Virus record (IMG/VR): IMGVR_UViG_3300021400_001287
Location: 27,209 to 91,208 of that record
Direction: 5' to 3' (one strand)
Origin: a virus
Lineage: Duplodnaviria; Caudoviricetes
Length of the DNA stretch: 64,000 bases
Part shown: positions 36,400 to 49,286 of the stretch, piece by piece
Numbering within the stretch: the first letter of the stretch is position 1
Layout of the letters: every line of letters begins with the position of its first letter
Translations under genes and position numbers: made by a program
Notes under the pieces: generated by a model
Databases searched by the model: none
Seen by the model: the letters and a program-made list of their open reading frames with translations, nothing else
What the model was told of the DNA's origin: nothing

Positions 36400-39300
36400 A
36401 TGGCGGACAATCTGGTATAGGGGAAACTGCGGTTTGATACGTCGTAGATTGATAAACAATTGTCCGACGTCACGGCGAAGCTAAACGAAGTCAAGAAGAT
36501 AGCGGCGCAAGCGAAACAAGTTGCCGGTGCGACAAAAACCGCGTCGCGGTCATCTGCCTCCAAGAGTGCGTCAACATCTGCGGACAAAGAGCAGTTGCGT
36601 ATTATCAGAGAACTGAAGACATATACAACTGATTTAACAAAAGCGCAACGTGAATATGTCACAGCACTCAAGACGGGCAATGCTGAAAACGTGAACTATT
36701 GGAGCAATGAGACCAATAGAATAAAGGCATCTATCGATGCCCATAAAGAACAGGCGTCTGCGATCGACATGAGCCGCAACAACAGGGCTAAGTTGAACAA
36801 AATTATTGCCGATACTGAAGCGGCTGAACGAAAGCAAACTGCTGCGGCTCAAAAGTCAATCGATAAGCTCCATGAGCAAAAGACAGCCACGCAACAAACC
36901 AGCAAAGAGATGCAACAGCTTGTGACACAGGCCGAGCGTTGGATTGCCACGATGGTCGTCATGCGTGGACTCCGTAATGTATGGAACGGTATGACGGAGT
37001 ATGCCAGGAGCTACTACGACGCAATGAACGAGATTCGCATCGTGACCGGCTATACCGAAGAGCAAGCGGAGCGACTTGGCGCGTCTTATCGTGCTTTGGC
37101 GGCAGACATGAGTGTCAGCTCGCAAGAGATCGCCAAAGCGGCCGTGGAATACTGGCGTCAGGGCTTGGATGAGAGCGAAGTTGAGCAGCGGCTGAAGTAC
37201 ACGACTGTGTATGCCAAGATCAGCGCGATGGACTTCCAGCAAGCTGCTGAACTGATGACAGCAGCGACGAACTCGATGGGCATGTCTGCTGATCGTGTTG
37301 CCGATGTGTGGGCGTATCTGGGTGACGCTTCCGCTTCCGGTGCGGATGAAATTGGTATTGCCATGCAGAAAGTATCCGCTGTTGCCGACCAAGCCGGTAT
37401 CTCGTTTGAATGGCTTGGATCTTACATCGCGACATTGTCTGAAAAAACGCGACTGGCTCCCGAGGCGATCGGCACGGCCATGAACTCCATCCTGTCGAGA
37501 TTGCAACAGATCAAACAGAAGGGTTTCAATGACGAAGATGTTTACAAAATCAACGATATCGCGAAAGCTCTCGGTTCGCTAGAAAAGCCAATTGCTCTCA
37601 TGGATGAAGCAACGGGTGAGTGGCGTAACTTCCCGGACATCCTGAACGACATTGCCGATCAGTGGGGCAACTTGACCGACAAAGAGCAAGCGTACATCGC
37701 AACGACTATGGGCGGCACCCGTCAGCGCAACTTCTTGCTGACTCTGCTTAACGATTTGAGCAAGTCGGCTGAAGGCGGTAGTCGTGCTTGGGAACTGTAT
37801 GCCGGTGCGCAGAACGCGGCTGGTGTCGCGATGGAGAAATATGCCATTTACGAAGAGAGCGTCGAAGCGGCGCAGGGCAGATTGAACGCGGCGCTGGAAG
37901 AGTTCTATTCTATCCTGATGAACGGCAATATTATTCGTGGGTTTTACGATATGCTGACCTCGATTGTGCAAACGGTAAACAATGCCGCAGATTCGATGAA
38001 TGGGCTTAATGTTAAGTTGGCTCTTGTGTCTGGCGGTGTTGTTCTTCTTGCCGGTGGAATCAGCAAAATTGTCGGAACAGCTAAAGCTGCGGCGGCTGCG
38101 ATGACGGCGACTGGTGCGGCGGCTGGAGCGGCAGCTGGCGGTGTTTCATTGTTGAATTTGGCGCTCACAGCTACGGTTGCCGGTGTCGTTATCGGCGGGT
38201 TGTTAACGTTGGCCGGTACTTTTACGAATCTTGAAGCTAAAGCAAAAGAAACAGCAAAAGCGGTTGCCGAGTTCAATAAAAAGCTGGACGAAAACAATTC
38301 GATGGCGCATAAAATGAACGACGAATCCGAGGAGATTAAACGCCTTGGGTCAAGCTATGGCAATGCTCAGTCTGATGTGGACACCTTCCTACAGAAGCGA
38401 GAAGCACTAATGAAGCAGTTCCCGGAGCTGAAGGGACGACTGACGACAGAAGTAAACAGTGTTGATGATCTGGCCGCTGGATACAGCGAGATGGCCGAAG
38501 CCCTCGACAAGGTATCTGAAAGCTATATTAGAGCAAACACTTACCAAGCCATTGGTGGACTAAAAGAAGCTCGAAATAATTTAGGGAATGCAAGACTCGC
38601 TTATTATGGCGGAAGCAATAATAATACGCTTTATCAGTTGCGACGGGTGAACAGAGACAATACGCTCTATGAAGGTGTACATGCAAACTCATCCGTCAAC
38701 TTAAAAAATGCGTCCATTCAAGACCTCCAAGAAATGGAGACGCTGGCCCAACAATACATCCAAGCTATGGAGAACGACTTGGATGCAAACATAAAAGTAT
38801 ATGACAATAAAACGATTGCGAACATTAGAGCCAGAATTGCCGAGTGGCGCACCTTGCTATACAACGGTGTTGAAAAAGAATTGTTCGAAAAGCAAGCAGA
38901 AGCAAATAGTCGAATAAAAGAGAGCGTTAAAACTTTTGTAACAGCTGCGCTGGATTCTGTACGAAATCCAGATATTCCGGTTCAGGATATACCAAATCTA
39001 ATCGACGCCATCATGGGTCTCGATTGGGACGACCGGATGTATACAGACGAAGGTGTTATAGAGACTCGTATCGACATGATCGTGTCCACATATTTGGATG
39101 CAATTGCCAATGCCCGTGATAAAATTAATCAAGCAATTGATGAACTTGACGGAGAGATGCCCAATATACTTGGCAATGTGAATCTCAAGAATCGTCCCAA
39201 GGTTAGCTCGTCTGCGTTGGATCGTGCTGGCTGGGGTGGTGGAGATGGAGATTATGCAACGATATTGTCTCAGACGTATAGCGCTGGTATTGGTGGACGT

Positions 39301-42300
39301 GCCAATGGTTATGACTGGCAATTTGACAAAAATGTTGTTATCGATGTGACGCCGATTCTTCCTGACGGTACTGTACTGAGTCCATATGAACTTGAACAAT
39401 ATCTCGACGGCATCATAAATAGTGGACTCGACTTGATGGAAGCCGACAAAACAGATAACGGTGGCAAGGGGCTTTTGCTTAGAGTTTCGGATGTTAAAGG
39501 CACGCTCGATGAAGCCTATGCGGAAGCGGAACAATTCACCGAAGAACTGCATAATCTGCAAGCTGATTATTACGACGAAAGTGCCCAAGGCATCACTGAC
39601 GCGTGGGTTCAAAGCATGGTTACTTCTCTTCGTGAGTCGCTGGTAAGCGATGCTCAAATCGCAGAAATCATGTGGCCATATTTCGAACAGCTTGGTGTTG
39701 CATATAAAGACATGATTGCCCAACTGTTCGGCAATAGTGAGGTGGGTGCTGGCGGCAGTGGCGGTGGGACGACGGATTTCGATGCACAACTTTCTGAAGC
39801 CTTTGCCCTTCTCGAAAGAGTCCAGACGTTGCGCGAATCCATTACCGAAATGGTAGAATCCAGCACTTTGAGCGAAAGCATTCTCGATGCCTTGAAAGCT
39901 CTCTTTACACCAGAAGATTGGCAAGCTCTCTTGGATAGTGCCGCCGACGAAATGGGCAACCTCGATTTTTCTTTGCTCATTGATGCGTTACGCAATGCCT
40001 TAGCCGAAGCCGAATCTGAGATGGAGGGCAACACGCTCATCGCGGCTCTTGGTCTGGGCGAAGACAGCGAAGCGGCAGTCCAAGCGGCCATCGATAAACT
40101 GGCTGAAGCTGCTGATGTCGATTCGTTGGCTAAGATTTGGGAATCTCTTCCGCAGAAAACCAAAGACGCGATGGGTGAAGCCGGCCAGCAGATCGAGGAC
40201 CTGCTTGCGTCAACAGCAAAAGACGCCGAAGACAGCGCAACGAAAATAGAGAAAGCGCTCCAACGCATTAAGCGTGCAGCGGAGATGAAAGACCTCATCG
40301 ATACCAACAAAGTATGGGAAGACTTGGATGGCATCATTGACGACTTGACGTCTACTATGGACAAAGCCATGGGTGCTATCTCTGATATCAATGATAAGCT
40401 GAACGACGCTGGCACAGCGGCTGGCGCACTGGAAGCGGCAATGGCTGGCGACCAGAGCGCAATCGAGTATTTGGCCGGTGTCACTGGCTTGGCTGCGGAT
40501 ACATTGGCAAACGACCTGTCTCCTGCCGAATTGCTCGTTGCGGAGATGGGCGACCAAGCCATTGCGTCGATGGAATATCTCGCCAATATGCTCATCACAC
40601 TGAACGCTATTCAAGTAGACCCGAGCGGCAAACTCGTTGCCATCGGAAGTATTGAAGAAGCGGCAAACAGCGCGGGCATGACCGTGGCGGCTCTGGCCTC
40701 CTTCCTTGCTTCCATGAACGGTGCAGGGTTGAACTTTACGACCGGGCCTACCGGCATGCATATTACGACCAAAGTGCCGAAGATTACTTGGACTGGCGGT
40801 AAGAGCGGGGGCACGAAGAGGAGCTCCGGCGGCGGTGGCGGTCGAAAGAGCGGTGGCGGAGGTGGCGGTGGCAGCGCCAAGAATGCCGTCTCTGATCTCG
40901 TGGAGTCTATGCTGGACGAATTCGACCGTGTGAACTCGCTACGGGATCATCGACGCGAACTGGCTCAGATGGGGCAAAGTTACCATGAAGCCCGCGGAGA
41001 AATCCAGGGCGTCATTGCTTATTTGCAGATGGAGCGGGACATCGTTGAAGAAGACACGGCGGCGCTTGAAGCGTATGTTGCTCAATTGGAAGCTCAGATT
41101 GAAGCAAACCGTGCTATCGTGACGACCGAAGCGGCCGGGTCGAAAGCCTACAACCAGGCAATGATCGACCTCGACAAGCTCCAAGAAGAACATCAAAAGT
41201 ACAGCAAAACGCTCATACAAAATAGAACAGACGTTGAAAACCTGACCGACGCGATCAAGAAACAATATGACAAGATTCGTCAGATGGAGATCGACCTGCG
41301 CAACACGATCCTTGAAGCCATTGAAGACCGAGAAGCGGCAAACGAGCGCATGCTCTCTGGCCGTATCGCGATGGAAGACGAGATCATGGATCGGATCAAG
41401 AAGCGGTATGAAGCCGAGCGCGATCAGATCATCGAAACTCAGAATGCCCGGAAGAGCGCACTGGAAGACGAGATCAACCAGATTGACGAACTGCTTGAAC
41501 AACGGAAGAAGCTGGCCGAGCAGGAAGACAAGATGCAGGAAATTGCCGAGCTTGAAACACAGATCGCCCGTATCAGCGCCGATCCGACACGACAGAAAGA
41601 AGCATTGCAACTGCGCCAGAAATTGGCCAAGTTGCGTGAAGACATGGCTTGGGATACAGCGGAAGCGGAAGCCCAGGCACAGAAAGACAGCATCAAGAAG
41701 CAGATCACCAGCATCGAAGACTACATTCAATACGTGCAGGACTATTACGAAGATCTCTTCAAACATCCGCAGAAGCTCATCGAAGAGATGCAAGAGATAC
41801 TGACGTGGACGGATGACCAGATCATTGCGTGGCTGAAGAAAAACACGGAGAACTATTATGACCAGACTGAAGCCGTGCAACGCAAAATGGTCAACGAGTG
41901 GCAAGAGACGCTGGATGATATGCGCGATACGATCCGCACTCACTGGGAAGAGGTAGAGACGATCATCGCGGGCGGTGCCGATAATATCATTAACTTCTTG
42001 ACGACATACAGCCAGAAATATCGCGAAGCGGGCAAACTGCAAGCTGAAGCCTATGTGGACGAATGGAAGCAACAGCTGAAAGATTTGGAGAACGCCTATA
42101 AACAAGTGAACGCCAATATTCAAAGCTATGACTATGTGAAAACGACGAAGGTCGACTCTGGGTCCGGCGGTGGCGGCGGGAGCTCTGGCGGCAGCGGTGG
42201 TAGTAGTGGCAGCAGTAAGACTGTGGCGACGCCGAAGAAGACATACTATCGATGGGAATATGCGAACACAAGTGGCGGCTGGGTGACAAGTACGAAGAAT

Positions 42301-42792
42301 GTTGTCAACCAGTCGGCGTTTGATGGTGCAAAGAAAAGAGCTATGGAATACTGGTCGAAATACGGTGGCAATATGGCTCCGATTATTTTGCAACAAATTG
42401 CCGCCGCGACAATGACAAAGCCGGGTAAATATTTGAGACCAGGAACGCCGCTTTACGAATATAAGACCGGTGGCATGAGTATGACAACCGGTCTGGCATG
42501 GCTGGACGGCACCAAGTCTCGACCAGAGCGCATTCTGTCTTCGTATCAGACCGAACTGTTTGAGGACATGATCAACACGTTACACCAGATCCGGTCTGTG
42601 TCGACTGGTGGTATTATGTCTGCACCGAAACTGGCTGCTGGCAGCATGCTTCCGAACATCGACACAATTAACATCACGGTGGAGCAACTGAATAGTGACA
42701 CCGATTATGACGACGCCGCGGAACGGCTGGTGGGCGCTTTTTATAAGAAAGTCGCTCGGACCAGACCCGTTGGTGGTATTCAAGGATGGTAA
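36400..42792 (+). CDS. Tape measure protein (~2130 aa); TAGs at 36418 and 36445
   Basis: TP901-like TMP core, hydrophobic segments and long coiled coils; GAGGAG RBS before ATG 36400. Confidence 0.93.
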
Positions 42793-42846
42793 TACGGGAG
42801 GAGTTCTTCGGAGCTCCTCCTCGCTCTCATTAAAGGAGGATGACAC

Positions 42847-43953
42847 ATGGGAGGCTTTAGCTACCGTGGCAAAAATATCGGAGACTTCGGCGAAATTTAT
42901 TATGCCCCGGACGCCTCCGAGCGCGGCGAATACGCGTTGCCCTATAAAGTAGATGAACAAGAGATCAATGGTCGAGATGGCGCGTATTACTATGGCAACC
43001 ATGTGGAGCCGCGTGAATTTAACTTGCGTTGCTATTATGAAGAATTAACACAACAAACAAAAGAAGATATTATACGCTGGTTCGGGCGCAATACAAAAGG
43101 ACGACTGATTTTTGATGAGCGCAACTATGTATACTACGACGTTATCCCGAACGCCCGCGTTGAATTTGACGACTACCGTGGCATGACATGTAACGGTTTA
43201 CGATATAAAGGGATTTTGACGATCCACCTGAAGGCGTATTGTCCGTTCGGTAAATTGATGGCCAGCGCTCTGGTAAACAATGTGCCAGTGCTGGGAGTGA
43301 ATGCCTATGTTGATATATCTATTCTCGGCGAAGGCACAACGGCGGCTGACGACGAGACTCTTATTCTATTAAGTTATCGAGAACCGAGCAAACAGTACGA
43401 CCTAACAGCCACGTCGTTTTATATATATAATCCGGGGACAGAGGCAACGCCATTGCGAATCCGGCTGGCCGGTGACGCGGAGAATGGCACGATCACCAAT
43501 GTGACAAACGGTAAACGGTGCGTCGTCAAAGGGATGACGCAAGGAAACACGACGAACGTCGGCAAGAGCCTTTACATCGACGCGGATACCGGCAGAGTGA
43601 CTTTGGTCGGTACGCTCGATACACAATTGGCTTTTGAGATGCACGACTACGGCTATATCTGGCTGGATCCTTGTACGCCGTTTGTTCGCGAGATTGAAGT
43701 GGCATATACAAATGGTAGTAAAGTCGTCACATCGGCCCAAGCGTTTACGGAAGAGATGACGGGGCAATTCATCTGGCTGAATAACAAGTGGCACAAAATT
43801 GCACAATATAACGGCGTGAGCGGCATCACATTAGCTGATGCGATGGATGCAACCGGCAGCGAAACAACGCAAATTGTGACGATGAACGAGTTGACGTTTG
43901 ACGGATTCACGTTGACGAAACTTGAATTTGACTATACTCCGAGAATGCGGTGA
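42847..43953 (+). CDS. Distal tail protein (Dit)
   Basis: 'MGGFSYRG...GRDGAYYYG...PREFNLRCY...GRLIFDE'; follows the TMP. Confidence 0.85.
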   Translation: MGGFSYRGKNIGDFGEIYYAPDASERGEYALPYKVDEQEINGRDGAYYYGNHVEPREFNLRCYYEELTQQTKEDIIRWFGRNTKGRLIFDERNYVYYDVIPNARVEFDDYRGMTCNGLRYKGILTIHLKAYCPFGKLMASALVNNVPVLGVNAYVDISILGEGTTAADDETLILLSYREPSKQYDLTATSFYIYNPGTEATPLRIRLAGDAENGTITNVTNGKRCVVKGMTQGNTTNVGKSLYIDADTGRVTLVGTLDTQLAFEMHDYGYIWLDPCTPFVREIEVAYTNGSKVVTSAQAFTEEMTGQFIWLNNKWHKIAQYNGVSGITLADAMDATGSETTQIVTMNELTFDGFTLTKLEFDYTPRMR

Positions 43954-46604
43954 TCAATATGGGTTATGGCAATATTATCTCCCTCGATGTGTACGGCATC
44001 GGAAGACAGACCAAAGTCTGTTCTTTGTATAGCTCCGAAGGCGAACAGATCGGCTCTGCTCACAGCATCAAGCGGACTCGTGAAATGAATGGCTGGAAAG
44101 AGCTGACGTTTACATTGCCGGTGAAGGTGAATGGCGACATCAACTGGCGCATGCAATTCATGACCAACGAATATGAATTGCGTGTGATCGATGGTGCGGA
44201 AACAGACTGGTTTCGGTTATCGGAGCCAAGCGATGTGGACGATGGCATTAAGGCTGAGATCAAAGTGACGGCTCCGCATTGCTCGGTCATTTTGAAGAAA
44301 CGCAATTTGTTTATGGCGTTTACCGACGAGAATGGCATTGGCACCTTGGCAGAGTTGGCTACCAAAGCGCTGGATGGCACGGGGTGGACATTGGGCGAGT
44401 GCGACACCATTCTTGAGTCGGATGGCGTGACGGAAAAAGTGCGCACGTACAATTGCAGTGAGAAGACCGGCGCGTACCAGATGATCCAAGATCTTTGCGA
44501 CAAATTTGTGGCGTATCCGGTGTTTCACGGCGACACGATGACGGTGGATTTGTTGGCGAGAGCCAATCATGTGGGCATGCTCGAAATGATGCTCGACAAA
44601 AACTTGGCGCAGATGACGCGAACCAGAGATTCGAGTGACCTGATCACCAGACTGTATGTGCAAGGTGAGTACGGCGATCTGGGGTACATTGGCATCGACG
44701 ACGTGAACCCCACGGGCTAGAGCTATCTGTTAAACTTTGACTATTACCGCAGTATTGGCGCTTTGACACAAGAGCAAGAGAATGCCATTGATGCGTATTT
44801 GGCGACTGCTCCGACTATTAAGAGCCAGATATCCACGAAGACGGCAACGAACGAAGCCAATATTACCACGTTACAAATAAACTGGGGCGCACAGGGATAT
44901 GTAGTATATCCCGTCGTGAATGGATCGTATGCTACACCTGTTTATGGCAGTGGTGCGACCGAGGCCAACGCGATGGCGGTAGGTGACACCGTTGCATCAG
45001 TACAAGCGGATGGCACATATACTTATCGAACTGTCGCGGCATAGGTCCCGGTCACTGGTGAGCAGTGGGCAGTAAAATTCGTGACGCCATGTGCTGGTAC
45101 GTTGGGCGGCAAAGAAGTTGCTGTTGAAGCGAAAGAACAGACGATCCGCACATTGACCGCACAAAAAGCAGCGGCACAAAGCGATAAAGAAAAAGCAAGT
45201 TTGCAAACACAGATCGACGAAACAACCGCTATTCTCGCCGACATTCAAGCGGAAGCCTACGCGTTGATGCTCACGTGTATTAACTTAGCGCTGACCATCG
45301 GCACAACAACGGCAGAGATCGAAGTGTTGCAATCCGATCTTCTCGGAGCAGAAGCGGCATTTTCTCAGGCGATGGGTGATATGTTGCAAGATGGTTACTA
45401 TAGTGACGAAACCTATGGGCCCGGCCAAGAGCAAGCGCTGTACAACGACTCGGTTGAGATGTTGAAAATTCTTTCAGCTCCGCAAAACACATATGAGCTG
45501 AGAGAAAAAGACATTGCCAACATCCCGGGGTACGATGACGAAATATATACAATGAACATGGCCGTTCATTTTTATGATGAACTGTTTGAGATAAACGACT
45601 ATGGCTTCGTGTCCGAGATATCTGAATACCTCGATCGAGACAATACGAGAACAGTAGAAATTCGCACGGACGAACTGAATATCCAAGGTAAGTCATTTGC
45701 ATCATTCTTGGGCCGTATTACCGACGCTGCTCAGATTATCAAAGACGAGCAGAGTATTTACGACCGCGCAAGAGCATTGTCACAAAACGGCACACTCGGT
45801 ACGCACAAGCTCGAAGGCATGATCGACGTGTTGCAAAACCGACTGCTGTCTACCATGAGTAATTGGTATACTGATGACAACGGCAACTTGATGTTCGTGT
45901 CGGCCGACGAGACCAACGCGATGATGTTGAGCGGCAACGGCTTTATGGTAGCCAATGGGAAAAATGAAGATGGCGGTTGGCGTTGGCGCACGTTCGGCAC
46001 AGGCGAAGGTTTCACCGCCGATCTTATCACTGCCGGTATCCTGAGAGCTGGGATCATCACAATTCTGGGTAGCGATCAGTTTTTCTGGACAGGCGACAAT
46101 TTGTACGTCATCGACACAACGCATGATTAGAATCAGATTCGGATTGGCCGTTATGACGGCGTGCATCTCGGTATTGGCTACACCAATGATGGAGGGCAAA
46201 CGTGGCAAAATGCCATTGGCTTTGATGGCGTACATTTGTCTGCCGGTGACTCGCAGATATTAGAGACGGCCGGCATGGGTGGTCGCAACTATTTGCGACA
46301 CAGCCGGAATTTGGTGGACGCGACAATCATCACGGCTGAAACGCCGACGGCTCGTATGACACTGAGAACACTGGCCAATAAGACACTTGGCGCGATGGCG
46401 ACGATGACGGTGGCAAGTCCGGCAAGCAGCGCGACCGATAACATTGGGTTGTCGTTGACCGACGCAAACGAATCCACAATGACCTTCCTTGAGTGGCAAC
46501 AGCTGATCAACGGATTTGGCGTGGGCAGTAATATGGAAAAGATAGATGAAGCGCTTACCGTAACATATGACGCTGAAACGGAGACTTTGACATTTGGGGG
46601 ATGA
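43950..46604 (+). CDS. Tail hub/spike (Tal-like); TAGs at 44718, 45042 and 46128
   Basis: Four same-frame fragments; 'LITRLYVQG', 'WRWRTFGTGEGFTADLITAG'. Confidence 0.85.
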
Positions 46605-49099
46605 GCACGATGCCTGAAGCGGCAAATTTTACTTTTAATAATACAACCTACGCGGTCAAAGACGCAACGGCACGTGCTGAGATACAAGATATCAACGTGG
46701 CGCTGGGCAGATCGGACGAGACGAATTATCGTCCGTTTGGTCTGTTTTACGCCAATTATACCGGCCCCAATATCCGAGCGTCAATTCGCCAAAGCGCAGA
46801 TGTCATTGCCAAATACGATGTGGCAGTGTTTGCATATGCGCCGAATCTCGAAAGCTCATGTCCAGCAGATGACATGGCCATCATTCAACTCGCGAAGACA
46901 ATCAATCCGAAGTTGCGGATTTACAGCTATATTACCGCGGCGTCTGACCATAATGGGTACACACTCAACGCGGACGGATCATGGGAGAATAGTCCGGCGC
47001 AGCAAGCCAACGTCGAGCGCATCTACAATCGACACGAACTTATCCAATACTTTCACGACCTGAAGCATGTGGGTGGCATTCGGATGGGGCAATATGACGT
47101 AGACGGCTACGAGATTATGGAGGGCGGCTTCGCTTTTGATGGCGCATTCCTGGACGAATTTGGCGCTGATGTGTCAACAGACGCAAAACACTATCAAGGC
47201 GGCAAAGACGGCAGTGGCAACTGGCGCTGGGACACGGCGGCGGATAAGTGGAATGATATCGTGGCTGAGGCCCATCGTTGTGGATGCAACTTGATAAACA
47301 ACACGTGGGAGAGCACACAAATGCTGGCAGAATGTACCGAGTTGACCAGCAATGATATGGTGTTGATCGAAACGTGTGAGTTTATGGGTGACGAAAACGT
47401 AGAAAACGACACCGACTTTTACTGGACGACATACGCAAGCGAAAAACGTATCTTCGATTTTGTTAATTCGGAATACTATGCGTTGCGCAAACCGAAAGTC
47501 GTGTCATATAGTACACTAAACGTAAATGCTTCAGCGGAATTAAAACAACGGGCTTTTACGTGGGCAGTATACAACACGTTGGCTATGGGTGGACATTACG
47601 TCTATGTATCTGGTACCGAAGGCTTGCAGATGCCGGATGAAACGAAAATGTTTAAAGTACCAGAAAACGGCGTTTACACTTACACTCACGAAGAAAAAGG
47701 ACGTTATAAGCTGACGGCGAACGGTCACACGGTGGAGACGATCCGCGAGAACACAGATGCCGTGAGTTTGGCGACGGCTGAGAATTTTGCCCGCGTTTAC
47801 ATAAAGATAGATGGCAACATCATACAAAACGCGTTTACGTCTGCTCCAGAACTGGAGTATGACTTGAGCGCTCGCATGAGCGGTGTTGAGAAAAATGTTG
47901 CCGACGCTTTGGCAAACACCAAGAAAAACGCGAGCGAATATGTCCGCTTGCAGATTGATGACTGGACAACAACTGTGACGCCGTCGGATTTTGAGAATTT
48001 GCTTCCACGGCAATTCAACACGGTGAGCGCCATCAATATGACTGTTACGGGTGAAGCAACCTACGACGTGACAGCAACAGTTGCCAATGGGTGGGGTTGG
48101 GCAAACCATTCGTTTAGCGCTGAAACGTTGGCTCCGTTCCTAGGTAAGACGCTGGAATTCGGTTGTTCTTCGATTACGACGACTGGTTTCAGTGACTTTG
48201 GCAACGCCGAAACAACGGGTGCTGTGTTGATGTTCGTCTAGGTTGACAATACGAAGTATTGCATACAGAAGAACACGAACAATGCGTCTGCGACGGGGAA
48301 TGTCAGCGGTATCAACATTCAAGTGACGATACCGGCGAATGCAGCGTCGATGACGGTGGGGTGGCAATGTTACGGTGTTACGGACGGCGTGAGTTTTGCC
48401 GTGTATGACCTATATCTCGCCGACATTCATAGTGTTGATGAGGCTTCAGCGAAAAAGTTTTTCACGAACGTGTTTCCGATCAACGCGAATAATGCGAGTG
48501 CCGTCAATCCGGTGCTGACGTCACGAACAGACGCACTTGGACACCGCGTGTTTGATGTCAACGGTAACGTGACGTTAGACTGGGGCGTGTGGCGACAAGA
48601 CTTCACGGGGACGGCATTGGAGCCGTTCAAAGGGCACACGCTGGAGCTGGGTTGTGCAAACTACAAGATATATAACTCGGACACGACGGTGTATACGGGG
48701 TCGGATTTGCCGTTGATCCTTGGCGCGGCATGGAACACGACCAATAAACTATTCCCCACGACAAACAACGCTTCGCGTGTGGGCAACACGACTGGTTTGT
48801 GCATTCAATATACCGTGCCGACCGATGCGGAGCAATTCAGCGTGGGTTGGCAGGGCGGTGCCAGTATCAATGGATTGACATTCGAAGTTGAAGGGCTGTA
48901 CCTCTATGACCTGGACGAAGACAACGTCATCATTCGCGGTAGAGACTTAGCGAACTCATGGCTGAGAATATGTCGAGTGACCGAAGCCATGCTGGTGGCA
49001 GATCCGACGTTGCTGGGGAATTGCCTCTATATTACCGATGCTGGCAATATGTTCATTACTGACTATAGTGGCACTCGGACAAACATCATTACCCATTAA
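46601..49099 (+). CDS. Tail-associated glycoside-hydrolase-like protein with C-terminal carbohydrate-binding-like repeats; TAG at 48239
   Basis: 'AKTINPKLRIYSYI...FDGAFLDEFG...LINNTW...VLIE' resembles a TIM-barrel GH; 'KTLEFGC/HTLELGC...VGWQ' segment occurs twice. Confidence 0.6.
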
Positions 49100-49112
49100 A
49101 GGAGGGCTCGAT

Positions 49113-49286
49113 ATGCCGTATGTAAAGACAATTTGGGCAACGGGCGACTTGATCACGGCCGAAGGCATGAACAACGTGGAAGACGGTGTGGCTGATGCCG
49201 TAGAAAGCGCAGAGACCGCGCTGGACCGCGTGGAGAATATACAGATGACCATTAACGCCGATATGGAACTGGTGGTGACAATCTGA
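49113..49286 (+). CDS. Small tail protein
   Basis: 'MPYVKTIWATGDLITAEGMNNVEDGV'; GGAGG RBS. Confidence 0.7.
   Translation: MPYVKTIWATGDLITAEGMNNVEDGVADAVESAETALDRVENIQMTINADMELVVTI

Noticed and set aside
28321-42396. Long antisense ORFs (e.g. 28321-29493, 29634-31058, 40939-42396)
   Set aside because: They mirror strongly codon-biased sense genes and show no recognisable motifs.
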